The notes: a model not told the origin generated them from the letters alone. DNA of 56,570 nucleotides from Paraglomus brasilianum (GCA_910592345.1 CAJVPI010000089.1:1-56570); one strand, 5' to 3'. Numbered from the stretch's first letter, positions 10,500 to 23,529 are shown. Numbers and translations: made by a program.

Positions 10500-11400
10500 T
10501 GGTGCTGTTGTGCAACATAGCCAAAGATGTTGCTTCATTAAATATTTGCTGCGTCTCCGTTGCAAGTGATCACAAAGGGTAGAAGATAATCTGTCAATTT
10601 TTTAAGATGATCCCAGAAAACAGTGTTGTCAATCGCTTTGCGTACAGTATCTGATAATGTATTTGAATTAGGACGCACGATAGAATATGACCAGAGAGCA
10701 CGTCTGCTTCGCAACAAACTGGCAAAACAAAATAATAAGAATTTCATGGTGTTGTTGTTCAACACGCAAATTTCCGATAGCTTTACTGTGACGCTTGTCG
10801 GTAAAATATGCCACTACGTCAATTGCATCCTTGGCTGTATCTGGGTGAAATTTTAAAGACATCTTCAACACACAGATTTGCCTGATGGGCAGAAATACAA
10901 TATCCCGATGTTTACGTCGTATGAGTCGTCTGATAATAAGTATAATGCAATTAGTGTTTATACATGTTATACTGTTCCAATGCGTATATTATGACCCTCT
11001 GCACCCGCAAAAAGGTCGCATCACATCTGGTGCTTTCTGACTCTCACAACTAATACCCTCGGTATCCCAGATGTATATTTGATTCGATGGAGATAACAAA
11101 ACCGCACCCAATACTTCCTGGCAACGAACGTTTTTCCACCCATCGAACATTAACGTAACAGGTTCTCTGGATTCTTGTAATTTTAATATACGCACCCCCT
11201 CCAATTTTCTGCATACTCTACAACTCTTGACCAGCACGCTTTCTGTCAGTGAAGAACTCGAGTTCCAATATTGCCTGCTAAGGATGATAGTACAGAACGG
11301 AACGGACTATTGTTTCGCTTTATCGAGAGTAGAACTTGTTACTTTTTTCTTAAAATTCCAACACGACAGAAACTTAGCAATAAAGTCCTCCTTTTTTCGG
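10500..11400 (-). pseudogene. Degraded hAT (DUF659-type) transposase
   Basis: Frameshifted minus-strand pieces PVTLMFDGWKNVRCQEVLG, AKDAIDVVAYF and AIDNTVFWDHLKKLTDYLLPF. The N-terminal piece LLRMIVQNG..FRFIES..PTRQKLSNKVL lies on the plus strand at about 11230-11395. Confidence 0.75.
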
Positions 11401-11418
11401 CGTTTTGCAGTCAACATA

Positions 11419-12359
11419 CCGGGGGGGGGACAAAAGTATTGCACATTTTTATATTTATGATATTGAAAAAGTTTTTTTATTAAACCAAAAAAATTTTTTA
11501 TTTACTTAAAGTAAACGTCAATAGTTAGTATTTCCTCCATTTACAGCAAATCACGGCTTGAATACGGTTGGGCAAGATGTATCAAATTACGATATACTTT
11601 TTGCGGAAGCGCATTACACCTCCTTCTCAAGTTTGTGAACATTTGAAGGCTGAGGATTGCGTTTTTTCAGTGCCAACGCAACTGAGAGAAAGTAGATTCA
11701 TCCGACCATATGACTTTCTTCCAGTTTGCAACAGTCCAATTCCTTCCTTTCCATTGCCCACTCGAGTCAAATTTCCGATTTTTTTCTAAGATGAGAGGCT
11801 TTTTAAAAGGAATATACGAACGTACATTTTCTTCATGAAGTGCACGGTGAACTGTTCTTGTGAAAATTCGTCGGTTTTTAGCTTTAGAAATTACTTTAGT
11901 AATTTCTCAGATTTTTGTCGTCGTGTTTTTTGTTCGCAGTAACAGTGTTTTTCAATTTTGCCGATCCCGCTGATTGAGAGAATGCGCGGCCGACCTGATT
12001 GTTTTTACGGATATTTTCCTGATTAGGCGGCAAAAAACCGTTGAACTGTTGTGCGATGGCATTCTATCATTTTTGCGACTGTTGCATCATGGTAATCTAG
12101 TTTTTTGTTGCAATTATATCACCTTTTTGAGAATCAGTAAGCGCTTTTCAAAACTCATTTATGCACCAAGGTAAAAAACAGTGCTTTTTTGTTAATTTTT
12201 TTTGTGGTTATCGCAACCTGTTTTATTAAATCAAAATATACATTTCATTTAGGCAAATGGTACAGTAGATGGTACAAAAGTTAGTTTTTTAATTACATAT
12301 AAAATTTTTTTCAATATCGTAAATATAAAAGTGCAATACTTTTGCCCCCCCCCCCCCCT
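11419..12359 (-). mobile_element. Internally deleted Tc1/mariner element with about 55-bp TIRs
   Basis: Left TA|CCG9ACAAAAGTATTGCACATTTTTATATTTATGATATTGAAAAA and right TTTTTCAATATCGTAAATATAAAAGTGCAATACTTTTGC14T|TA. Internal minus-strand remnants RTVHRALHE..KKPLI and KKVIWSDEST are Tc1-type. Confidence 0.85.
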
Positions 12360-12571
12360 TATGTCGAGCATCGACGTACTGGATGAAATACGAAAAAATG
12401 GTGTTCAGCAAATCATCGGAGATAAGCCAGAAGCAGTTCAAGTCATGGTAAGCGATTGATAGATGTCAAAATTTATAAGGATTTGTCGATCCAAATTGTT
12501 GACAGTAGCATCCGAACGCCCCCTTAACTCAGGATGAGCAGACGCTTTGAAAATTTACCTGCGTATTAGTA

Positions 12572-13070
12572 TAGTGTATAACAAACCCTGATCATCTGTA
12601 AAATTCCATGTCTCCAAATATTTTACCTCGAGACATATTTATACCCATGCGCAATTTTGGCCATAAAAATTCAAAATTCATATCTTGACACTTTTCCAGC
12701 CAAAATTTTTTTCATTAGTTCTTCTGTATTATCAGAATGCATTCATATAATTGTTGAACAAATTACTGTGTGATGACTACTACAGAATGCAAACGATCGT
12801 ACGATATGATAATATCATACGCGTTTATTGCCAAGTATAGTACCGATTTCCTTCCAATTAGACACATATTCTAAGAAATGTAGAGACACAAATCTGACAA
12901 AACAAGAGCATGCAAATCGATTAGAAACATTTGGAGATATGGATTTTTTGACAGCGGTTTTGATATGTTTTTTGTTGTTTTTAATGTTTTACATATATAT
13001 GTTTGGAAAATTGCTGGAGACATCCGATCGAGCAGAAATTTTACAGATAATCAGGGTTTGTTATACACTG
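12572..13070. mobile_element. Non-autonomous TIR element (MITE) of about 500 bp
   Basis: Left TA|TAGTGTATAACAAACCCTGATCATCTGTAAAATT and right AATTTTACAGATAATCAGGGTTTGTTATACACTG form a 34-bp inverted repeat with a CAGTG-type end. Confidence 0.8.
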
Positions 13071-13335
13071 TCCCGAACTTTCGGATACTTATGACCGCTA
13101 CCGTAAATTCCAAATAATCAAATTGACATACAACACATTTAAGTGACAATATATCTTGGATAAGCTGATTTAAACTATAGATTATTGCTATATCCATATG
13201 TTAAATTGTGACATTTTTTATTATTAGCATGAAAAGGTGCTGGCAAGAGCTGACCTCGTGTAGAAATACTAAGAGCTCAAGTTCAATCAACCAATATCGT
13301 AGTAGGATTATTTCAATACACAGCCATAAACTAAT

Positions 13336-13522
13336 CCCATCGCGTTCGCGGGACCTGCTCCGCAGTCAGCGTTGACCCATGAGCCTGCGGCTTGCGCCGC
13401 GTATCAGCCTTTCAGAGGTCAGCGCGGGGATAACTAGGCCCTAACGCTTTCTATCGTTCCTAGAGGTTCCGTGCCTTCCGCCGTCCGGCTCCTCCCCCCG
13501 GAGCTGTACGGGCTTATCGTAA
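13336..13522. other. GC-rich multi-hairpin island (candidate structured RNA or organelle-derived insert)
   Basis: Sharp GC rise against AT-rich flanks. Minus-strand stems include GCGGC-GCAA-GCCGC, CTAGG/AACG...CGTT/CCTAG, GCTCC...GGAGC and TCCC/GCG...CGC/GGGA. Confidence 0.5.
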
Positions 13523-13851
13523 TCTTATAAATTATGAAGAAGGAAAAACTCGCTTGGATATGTTATGACCTGTTCTAGGATTTGACTCGTTTCGGGATTG
13601 CCACATTAGACATAATTTATGTGATAACGTCGCAAAAATATGTGACAATCTTGAAACGTTCTCAAACATGGCAAAGAGAACATGATTTGATATTTATTAT
13701 CTCTACTAAATCAATGAATAATTGGTACTTTTTGCAGTATTTTCGAGTGTAATGGTTGTAAGTCATTTTTTATTGATATCTGACGATTGTGTATATTAAT
13801 TCCGTCAACTCAATTAATTCAACGTTTAAATCATCCGAATTCAATTAATTC

Positions 13852-13901
13852 TGTTGTGTCTGGGTTCGGAACTGAGACAGGTCCCCAACTCAGACACAAC
13901 A
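13852..13901. repeat. Short palindromic element (internally deleted copy)
   Basis: TGTTGTGTCTGGGTT...AACTCAGACACAACA. Shares GAACTGAGACAGGTCCCCAACT with the copy at 23464-23529. Confidence 0.7.
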
Positions 13902-14245
13902 TATAAGCATCTTTTTATTTTCCACAGCTCGAAATTATTACTGATGTCAACTTCTGTTATTTGGCTTGAATGCTCTGTTTTTTTGTTGAATAAAGTAGCT
14001 GAAGCAATTTTCACTGGTTTATTTAATCTTGTCAATAATAATAGTTCATTTATTGTCACTCTTTACTTTAATACATTATTTTATCCTTCTAGGCATAATT
14101 ATAATGGTCAATTAAATCTCTTTCGCATTTTAATAACGACAGTCAAATATTTGTTCATCAAGCCGACAACTTACTATAAACAATGTGGCTGATTTGCAAA
14201 CCAATTATGTGTAAAATAGTACGAAGAGCCAACAACGAATCTCCC

Positions 14246-17200
14246 TCAACCGGCTTTAGCCTTGCCCTTTCCTTTCCTACCAGATGGTCCAGCTAATTCA
14301 CCATTTCCATCACTTGCTCCCACTTCGGTTCTGTCCCCATTCTCTTCTTGCTTATTAAATCTCATTTGAACCATTTTGTAATGTTCCAGCTCTTTCTCAG
14401 ACACAGACGGTATCAACTCGCTCAGTGCTTTGACAAAGTCGTTTTCAGTGACTTGCACCATAGTTTCAGCCGGGGTGGCGAGATGATCGAGGTAATATTG
14501 GGATGTCAGAGGGCGAGGAAACTTGAGGTTTACTTGCGGGTTGCTATTCAATTCAGCTGATTCCGATGAAATAAAGTAGAGTATATTGATGCATTGTGAA
14601 AAGGGAAACGATATGAGTGTATAAGCCGATAAATTTGGTACACTGTCAGATGAAGTTTTTTCGTGCGCAGATACAATATTTCAGACAGATTTGTGAAAAT
14701 ACTTAACCAACTTTAGCTTCAATTGACTCAGCCGTACGAGACATCGCATTAAGCATGGCATCTGAACATAAAGCGTAAAAATCGGCCCCCGTGTAATTAA
14801 AGGGACAATTCTCTGCTATCTTACGGAGCTTTAGCGATGGGTGCAATCGGAACCTATACAACAAATTAAAGTATGTGTATATAAACCTTGAATGCGTTTA
14901 GGATATTAAACATTAAAGAAGCTTACTTTCTTGTTAATGCTTTAATAACCTTCAACTGTTGCTCGTGATCCTCATTCACTCCAAGGTATAATAGCTTATC
15001 AAATCTGTATGAGTAGTGGATAATGATATGAGCTTTTTTATCGTCTACCCGTAAACTGTTCGCGTTCCTAAGAACACTATCCATGCGCTCACCTTCCAGG
15101 TCTTAGTAATGCAGGGTCGAGTAAATCAGGCCTATTTGTAGCTCCAATAACAAACACATCAGATGCACCTCCGGCTTGTCCCATTCCATCCAATTCGGCC
15201 AGCAGTTGGCTAACAATACGATCCATGACGCCACCAGAATCACCCTTCTCCCCTCTTTTGGGGGCAACGGAATCCAACTCGTCAAAGAAGATAACGCATG
15301 GCCTAGCATCACGTGCACGCTGGAACACCCTTCGAACATTAGCCTCTGATTCACCAATATACATATTAAGTAACTCGGGCCCTTTAACTGAAAAAAAGTT
15401 GAGGGAGCACGAGGTAGCAACAGCCTTTGCGAGCAGTGTCTTGCCAGTACCAGGCGGCCCGTATAACAGTATGCCCGTCCTCTTCTTCATCCCGGTTGCA
15501 AACAATTCCGGGTGCTCAAGTGGTAATTGTATAGTCTCAAGAATGTCACTCTTAACTTCTGCCAATCCACCAACATCATCCCACGTAACGTTAGGAATTT
15601 TTGGGGCACCAATGCTGTCAGAGTAAGAAGCGCGTGTTTGACCAAGGGCGGTATCGAAATCGGCCATTGTCAACGTAATGCCAGCCTTAACTATATCCGT
15701 ATCGTCTATCTTTTGCCCATTCATTTCAATTGCCTTATCGATGCGCTCATAAGCCGCCATACCTGCTCTAGCTACTAGCCCAGCTAAATCCTTAGCCACT
15801 AACGCTGCTGTTTGTGTAGCTAACGTACGCAATGAGACATCGGGTGCAAGCGGAGTGTTTTTGGTCAATTGCTGCAACATAGCCAACCTCATTTGTTCTT
15901 CTGGAGCTTCAAATACAACTTCATGTCTGAAGCAGCCCACGACACTAGCCGGTATTTTGTCATAGTCCCCAGTTGTACCGATTACTAGTACCGGATGTCC
16001 TATTCGTCGAAAAGCTTCGATAAGTTGTTTAAAACAATCCTGTAACATAATAGCAACTTTTGGCTCTTGCCCTGTCTCAAGTGCAACTGACTTCCTTGCT
16101 AGTGCATCGATATGCTTGAGCAAAAAAATACAAGGCGAATACGTAAGAGCCTTGTTAAATCTCGAGCGAATCGATTGTTCAGTCTTAGTATCACTTTCAC
16201 CTGCAAAGTCAAAACAATTAACTTCGTATAAATGCACACCGACACTCTCAGCAACCCATTCTACAGCGGTTTTTTTCCCGCATCCGCGCGGTCCATGTAC
16301 AAGCACGGTACAAGTGAGATTCAGGGATGCTGCTTTTGGATCGAGACATGAAGACACAATATCGTATAGCTTGCCATATGGTGTTCCACGAGATGTTAAT
16401 GGTGATCCTGACGGTGGACATAAAGGAGCATCGCTTTTGATGTTGTAGTAATGTCTGATGGACGGAACACGAGAGTGTTCAAGACCAGCTTGATTTAGAA
16501 GGGTTTTGTTTTGATTTATGCGCCTACCCGGTCTATGTCGGGAAGTTTTGACGGACGATTTGACTTCAGTAATTTTGAAATGTAGAACAGCTGTTGATTG
16601 ACTTGGTGCAGTCGGTATTTGGATTTCTTCGAGATCTTCACTGCCCTGTTTCTTCGGCCGTAAACGGACAGTCTCCTCTAATTAATTTTACCGAAATTTA
16701 GGAATTAATTCATAGCCGTAACATATATACAACAAACAACACTGCTAATAATCGTATTGTTATTGTTGCTGTCATGATGACTGTCAATAACGCTCACCAT
16801 CAAATGGTATAGAAACAATATCTCCTTCACAAACAACTCGCTCAGCCTCAACAAACCATTTCTTAAAAGTTTCGTACAGTGCGGGTAAGAAGATCGGTTC
16901 TGATGTAGCAGGAGATGCGACTCTTGCAACAACGACGCTGTCTGCTACGGGAGGCGGCTCTTGCGGCTTAGATATTGGTTTTATTAGAATCATTTTATTA
17001 GGAGAGCTCACGTCATTAAGCCCGAGATTGAAGTAAAGAAGTGGTGTTATGCAAGCCAACGGTGGAGAGCTAAAAGATAATGCGACGAAAAGAGTGAGTT
17101 TAGCAATAAATAATAGCGCAGAGTGAAAAAAGTGTAGGGAAAAGGGGGCATACTGTGTTTTTGACAACTTTGCTCCATAGACTTGACAAAGCCTAGAGTG

Positions 17201-18724
17201 TTGTGTTTTGCTATTTTGATTTAGTGGATTACAAATCAATGCCTTTGAAAAGCATGAATATGTATAATTAGCTTGGCCCAATCGACGCTTATTTTCATCT
17301 TATTTGCAAATTAGCTCCAATCCTCACCAAATAATCTTATTTTCTTACCCAACTCCCACTTAAGCAACCTAAATTGGCCAATTCTGCTGTATTGATTACT
17401 ACTCTCATATGTAAATCATCCTTCTCCTTTGGTCTCGGTTGCCAAACGGAAATCGGCAATGGCTCCTCTAATGCGATCGGATAGAATTTCACTCCTTGGA
17501 CTTCTTCCTTCCTAGTCCTTCTGATCATTCCAGTTTCTCCTTGCCTACTAGCTTCTTCCAAGTCTTCTTCATCGTCTACAGATCCAATACTTTCTTCCTC
17601 AGTTTCCTCCCCCGACTTGCTCCTATCACCTTCTGTCAAATCCGGCAACGGAAAATAATTCACACTATGTTGTAAGTCTAAACCGTGTATTAAATTAGTA
17701 ATTAAATTATCTTTTAGCTCTACGTCAGTAGAGTACGGTAGAATTTGATTGGAGTTGGTGACGGGTGCAGGCGTTGTAGGGAGGAAAGATGATGAAGAAG
17801 AGAGATCGATAACGATAAAGTTCGTTGATGGAGAAACAATGCCCTGGAGAACTGGATTTGACATTAGGACGCGATAAGACGGAGAAGATAGATTCGGATA
17901 TACGTTGAAGATTTGGGTATGGCGGAGGAGGATTGGAGGCGTTGTTTGGAATGAGACTGTGAGAATGTGAGGGTCTTGTAGGTAATGTGAGATAAGAAAA
18001 CGTTGAATATCTTGTGCAGAGACGATAACAAGAAAAATGGCGATAGTTAGGTTGAAATCGATTCAATAAGGAGAGGATTTGAAATATACTTTTTATGGCT
18101 AATTCATATGCGTCAGACGTCAAGGCACCTAAAATCACTTCTTCTAACGCAATAGGACGCGTTACTTCTATCTCAACTGACATGCCCTTATGGATGTTAT
18201 TCTGCATTGCAAATTCCTTTGCAATATAACATAAATTTTCCTACAACAAACACCATATTGATTATATGACTGAGCCCCCTCTATCAAATTCCCGCATCAT
18301 ACCAATTGCTCACCTCTTCGGGTCCTATCTTACATGATTGTGCAAAGACAATGGTGGATTTTATCAAAGACATGTCATGTATATCTTTTTGTTCCCCTAG
18401 ATGCAAATTTCTATCGGCATCTGCAGGAGTCAAAGCGACGCAAAGGTATGTATTGAGGGAGTAGTTTTTGGACGTGTTATCTAGTAAAAGTCGAGCTTTT
18501 GTTAATCCAGGGCAAGAAAACGATCTGTAATAGTTGCTAATAAAGTGACAATCAATTGATATATATATATTTTTTTTACAACCTCCATTCTCTGAAATTT
18601 GAGAAGAATTGTATAATGCATTCCATAAGGGTTCGGCTATTCCTACAAGGTTATTATCGTATATTTGCGAATCAAGCAAATCTATCCTAGCAACATGTCG
18701 CTTTTGAGTCAACATTCCTACCAT
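14246..18724 (-). CDS. PEX6: Peroxisomal AAA+ ATPase PEX6 (multi-exon)
   Basis: D1 GPRGCGKKT; D2 SIGAPKIPNVTWDDVGGL, GPPGTGKTLLAKAVAT, FFDELDS and ATNRPDLLDPALLRPGR; YTGADFYALCSDA; C-terminal PSVSEKELEHY. N-terminal exon boundaries and the start codon are approximate. Confidence 0.95.
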
Positions 18725-19752
18725 TACAGTGAAAAACTACGACTACCCACTTCAACAATAAAAAATTCACACTTATTTGGCAGTGTCACCGTAAAATAAG
18801 TCTTGATTATGTCATAATAATAGTTCACGCGATCTACATCTCTTTGTATTGTTAACCCAAATTTGGTGAGATGTCCCAAAATTTCCCATAACGCTTAAAT
18901 AAAAGCTCGAGCAAGTTTTTTTCTTCTTTTCTAAATGCTGGTTTGGTGCGCTAGGATTCCCCTACTTAACCGTAGATGGAGCCTCAGTGCCGGAATGACA
19001 TATGGAAGCATCTCTGTAAATGGTGTAGAGTTCCAGTCAACGACCGCTGATTAAATCGAAACTCTTCCATTTGTTCACATGGGCAAATGGGAAGAGGAGT
19101 AGGCCACCATATATTCCTAATCTTTCCGTAATTGCTACTATGTGGCTTTGACGGTTGGGAAAAACCATATGGGGGATATTTTATGTTTAGAACGGTTTTT
19201 GAGGAAAGTATACAGTTTGTATATTAAAGGTCGAGTGAATTCGAAATGAGTTAGTCCATAAAGAGATTCAAGTCGAACTTGATATTGTCTCGTCAAAGAA
19301 AACAGTCGAGTTTGGTTTCGTACAAGCAAAATTATGTTACAAATAGTGAGAGTAAAGACATCGATGTGGTGGACTCGACCCATCAACCTGTCAACACCAA
19401 CAGTCAAGTCGACACTTGTAACGTCCCAATAAATTGAAATATCCCCCCTTCAGAGCATTATGTTCATTTGATACTTGTCTTCAATTTTAATCTGTTATCA
19501 TTATTAACAATTCGTTCAGTCTTCTTGAAAACACTTTCAATTATTGGATTACTGAAAATCTACAACACCTCGCCTTCACTCAATTGCTACATTAACTATA
19601 AACGAAAGAAATAAAATAATAATAGGAAAACTAATAGGAAAACTAGTATTACACAAAAAAGTTACAAGGTATTAAGATCAAAACGAGGAAATTGTAGAAA
19701 TGACTTTTTTTTTATCATATTCCTTACAGTAGCAAATAAATTTTCATTGACA

Positions 19753-21195
19753 TTAATCATTATGAGTGTCCTGTACTAATAATTGTTGAATATTCATTCT
19801 CTGCCTTGGCGATTCGCCCATTTCTTCTTCCTCATCTCCTTCTCTTTCGTCATCGTTGCTGTCATCTTCAAACACTTTTTCCTCTCCCCGCTGCTGCTGC
19901 TGCTGCTGCTTTTCATTGCTGATTTTCTCTTCTCTACCCTCTTCTCTTCCATTATTAACTTCCTCACCTCCACTAGCACCAGACTCTCTCTCATCGATGT
20001 CCATTAAGTCCCTTTTTTTATTTTTATCAGCCTCTGACTTCTTTGAACTACTCAACGATAACAATACATGAGCCTCTTCATGATTTATACACTCGCATTC
20101 CCGTGACATATTACTGCATCCCTCAATTGGTGTACTGTTGTGTGACGGTCCATCTAGGCTAAATGGTGGCGGATGAGGGACACGAATATCGAGCATATTA
20201 CACGAATGTGTGAAGGAGGCAGACAGAGCCTCGTGGTTAGGGGAGTCTGGGTTTGACTGTGATGCTGTGACTAAAGGCGAGGAATTTGTAGAAATATTGG
20301 TAGCAGGGGAAGAGGCCTTGGAGCTTTTTCTTATAAATTCTTCTTTTCTCTCTTTTGCATTTTCATTCCACTTATTCCCACTTCCGACGCTTCTCCTTGG
20401 AATCTTGTATTTATCAAACTTGGACCTTTTACTACGTCTCAACATATCGTCGTCGTCCTCGTCATCCTCATCCTCTCTTCCCCTTACTTTCTTTTCTTTG
20501 TCTTTGTAGTCGACGACAAGTTCTTGTAGATATTGAATATAATCTATAGCATTCTGTAATATGTTCAACTTGTGTAAATGATCTTGATCTGCACAACAAG
20601 GAATCAAATCTTTCAATTGCATTATCTTGTCATTAATCCTCTCTCGTCGCCTCCGTTCTATGGCAGAGTGAGATACCTTCCTCTGTAATTCGCGCTGGTC
20701 AGCAGTGGTTAAAGATTTATCTGTTACATTCGAATATCTATGATGATGAGGGACGAGAGGATGAATTACAGATGTGTGGTGAGACATGACAGGACGACTG
20801 TTTGGTGATGTGTTTAGACCCGTTGTTTGCGGTGCTAGCGGGATTGAGAACACTGATGTGCTTGGACCTTGTTTAGGCAGTATTGGCTCATAGCGCGTTG
20901 AAGACGATTGTTGTAATTGTGGATGTGGTTGATATGGCTGCTGTATTGATATGGATGGAAGAGTCTGTAGTGGTGGAGGGAGTTTGAAGGGTTGAGAGTT
21001 CTGTTCCGAGTGCCGTGGATTTGAGAATGGAGATACTGGCGGAGTTTCGAACGGAGGGAAATGCGTTTGTTGCTGTGGTGTTGCTTTCGTGAGGGGAGAT
21101 TGGGAAGGTGATATCATCAGCATTGGAGGTGGTGCTGGGACTATAGGCCGGAAACCTGTTGGCGTATGGTTTGGATGAGGTTGTTGTTGCTGCAT
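19753..21195 (-). CDS. bHLH transcription factor (E-box binding class), intronless CDS
   Basis: RKVSHSAIERRRRERINDKIMQLKDLIP...KLNILQNAIDYIQYLQ. P/Q-rich N-terminus; AHVLLSLS and RMNIQQLL short motifs near the C-terminus. Confidence 0.92.
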   Translation of the reverse strand: MQQQQPHPNHTPTGFRPIVPAPPPMLMISPSQSPLTKATPQQQTHFPPFETPPVSPFSNPRHSEQNSQPFKLPPPLQTLPSISIQQPYQPHPQLQQSSSTRYEPILPKQGPSTSVFSIPLAPQTTGLNTSPNSRPVMSHHTSVIHPLVPHHHRYSNVTDKSLTTADQRELQRKVSHSAIERRRRERINDKIMQLKDLIPCCADQDHLHKLNILQNAIDYIQYLQELVVDYKDKEKKVRGREDEDDEDDDDMLRRSKRSKFDKYKIPRRSVGSGNKWNENAKERKEEFIRKSSKASSPATNISTNSSPLVTASQSNPDSPNHEALSASFTHSCNMLDIRVPHPPPFSLDGPSHNSTPIEGCSNMSRECECINHEEAHVLLSLSSSKKSEADKNKKRDLMDIDERESGASGGEEVNNGREEGREEKISNEKQQQQQQRGEEKVFEDDSNDDEREGDEEEEMGESPRQRMNIQQLLVQDTHND

Positions 21196-23463
21196 TATTT
21201 AGAGAAACTGTCGAATTATATGTACACTGACCGAATACCTGTAGAATGACGACGATAGATTCGTTAGTATAGTAATAGTAATAACAATAATCATATGATA
21301 CTTCTACTATCGCGCATCAACATTGTAGTTGCTTTCTGCAAGCGATTTTCTGTTTTCCCTATTATTCTAATCATATTGGTTTTTGCCACCAACATGGTAT
21401 TTACGCTACTTACTTCTAAAGCAGAATAGTACGAGAGAGAAAAAAGTTTCTCAGCAAACGAAGAGAGCGTGTATGGGGGGATATTTATGCCTCTGAGAAT
21501 AGTTTGAATGAAAATGGCGGTAGTCAAGAACAAAGAGTGTGGTTATGATTGGTTAATAGACTCAGGTGTGCTCATATTAAGCTTCTATTGGCTGATGAAA
21601 TTAGTAGGCGTGAGTCTGAAAAAGGGAAAGTCGGGAATTGAATTTAGAAGCGAATGCGTATTTAGTATATTAGTACTAATTAACTAAACAAACTAAACAT
21701 TGATCCGTAGATATTTATTTAACTTTGAGGGTCTGCCAATGGAATTCACACGTGGATTCAAGAAAGAATACCGTAAGATGATAATCGGTACAATAGATTA
21801 ACAACAACGCATGGACCCGTGAAGAGATAACAATAAATAAAATAGATATGGAAGTATATGCTGATGTATTTATCATACAGTAATGGCGCATATGTGAGCA
21901 ATCTTTCGCTCTTCTAATCGCCAGTTCCTCTATTTTTCAAGCTATCTTACAGGTTCATCTTTATCTAAACAATGGATATCTGGTTTTGGATCAACATAAT
22001 ATGATATTAATATTTGGGGAACACTGCAGCAAAAACCAGTATTCAATGGGGAGATTATGAACGAACTTTTTAACAAGACAAGAATACAAAAGGTGATATT
22101 GCTGTAGTATATCACTAAACTGGGCTACATATGCTGTGAAAACTGCACAAGGAAAATGTTATGCAAGCCAGTTAGAAGAATGGAAGACCGGAGAATAACA
22201 GGAGATAATCAGTCAAGCACGAACTTGCACATTAACCGTTGATAGGATATTGATAAGATGATGATGGGTCGTTATACTGTTGTTGAAATGAACCCTTGAA
22301 ATTTCTTGTGCCCCTTTGCCTGCACACTAGATGTGGTGTGCTCGCATGTGACTGAATTAAATAATACCATTGGCTGTACTAAGTCGTCTGACTTCACACT
22401 TTATTATTGTTATTATTATTATATTATTTCGATGACGGCATTCGGACGCTTGTGTAGTTACTAGACGTTTGTGCTGCAATTCATATACACATGTGACCAT
22501 TCATTCAATTACCATTACCCAGTTTAAGAGAATCCCAAATTAAGTATTCGTAATACTAAAGTCTTTCACGAGTTTGCTTTTTGTTCATTGGTTCCCAGCT
22601 GACTAAATGGAGAATAAGCCTGGTCGCGTGCTAAAAACAAGATGCCAATCAAAGAGATAGAGACAATCAGTAGCAAATTTGATAACCCACACACACTGTT
22701 TTGCTATTGATTGTTGCGTAACAATATGATCGCAGTCTGAAAATCAAAGGATGTAAGCAAAACGATCAAGGAGACAGTAATTCATTGCATAGTTGCTCTC
22801 GATTCCCTTGACAAGACAATTGGCCTAATACGATGGTTTCCCCGAAACCAAGTAAATTCGTGCTTGATATAATGACGTAAATTATCAATCTCGCGGGATG
22901 ACATATGATTTATAAGAAATGTGTAGATCATCTCTCTAATTTGCTATCATTATCAAGCATGTTAATGTCCCTCACTTTAATACTGTCCCAATTAATCTAT
23001 TGACTTTGTGTTTTAAATCGCTTTGCGACAATGAAGACAAGCAAGTCAGTACCTCACCGACAACGATAATATTTAATTGTTAATATTAATTGACAGATTA
23101 CCCATTTCAGACCCCCTCAATATCCGATCAATTGATGATGGCGTCAATCAAGAGATAATCGACATATCAAGTGTCCAGAGAAACCAGACAGCTTGAGAAA
23201 GACTTTTTATTATCACGGAATAGCCTTTGTTCTAATTACATTAGACAGAAGAACTTAAAAACGCTGTTGTGTATAAAAAGAAGCAGAAATAATTAGAATT
23301 ATCTAATAACTTCTTATCTGATTTTATGTAATTTAAATATGTTCTTCATTATAGAAAAATCTCTCGATTTAAAAAACCCTTGATAATACCGCATGACTTT
23401 ATCTTATCGAGAATATGGAAACTAAACGTCAATATGAAAATTATTGTTAAAACTTGTTGGAGT

Positions 23464-23529
23464 TGTTGTACATCAGTTGGAACCTATCTCAGTCCAGAAC
23501 TGAGACAGGTCCCCAACTGAGCTACAACA
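23464..23529. repeat. 66-bp near-perfect palindromic element
   Basis: TGTTGTACATCAGTTGGAACCTATCTCAGT-CCAGA-ACTGAGACAGGTCCCCAACTGAGCTACAACA. Confidence 0.75.

Noticed and set aside
13436..13450. CCCTAAC as a telomerase RNA template; also HDV ribozyme and RNase P motifs in the GC island
   Set aside because: Only 7 nt match the template, and the required partner helices or conserved boxes could not be found.
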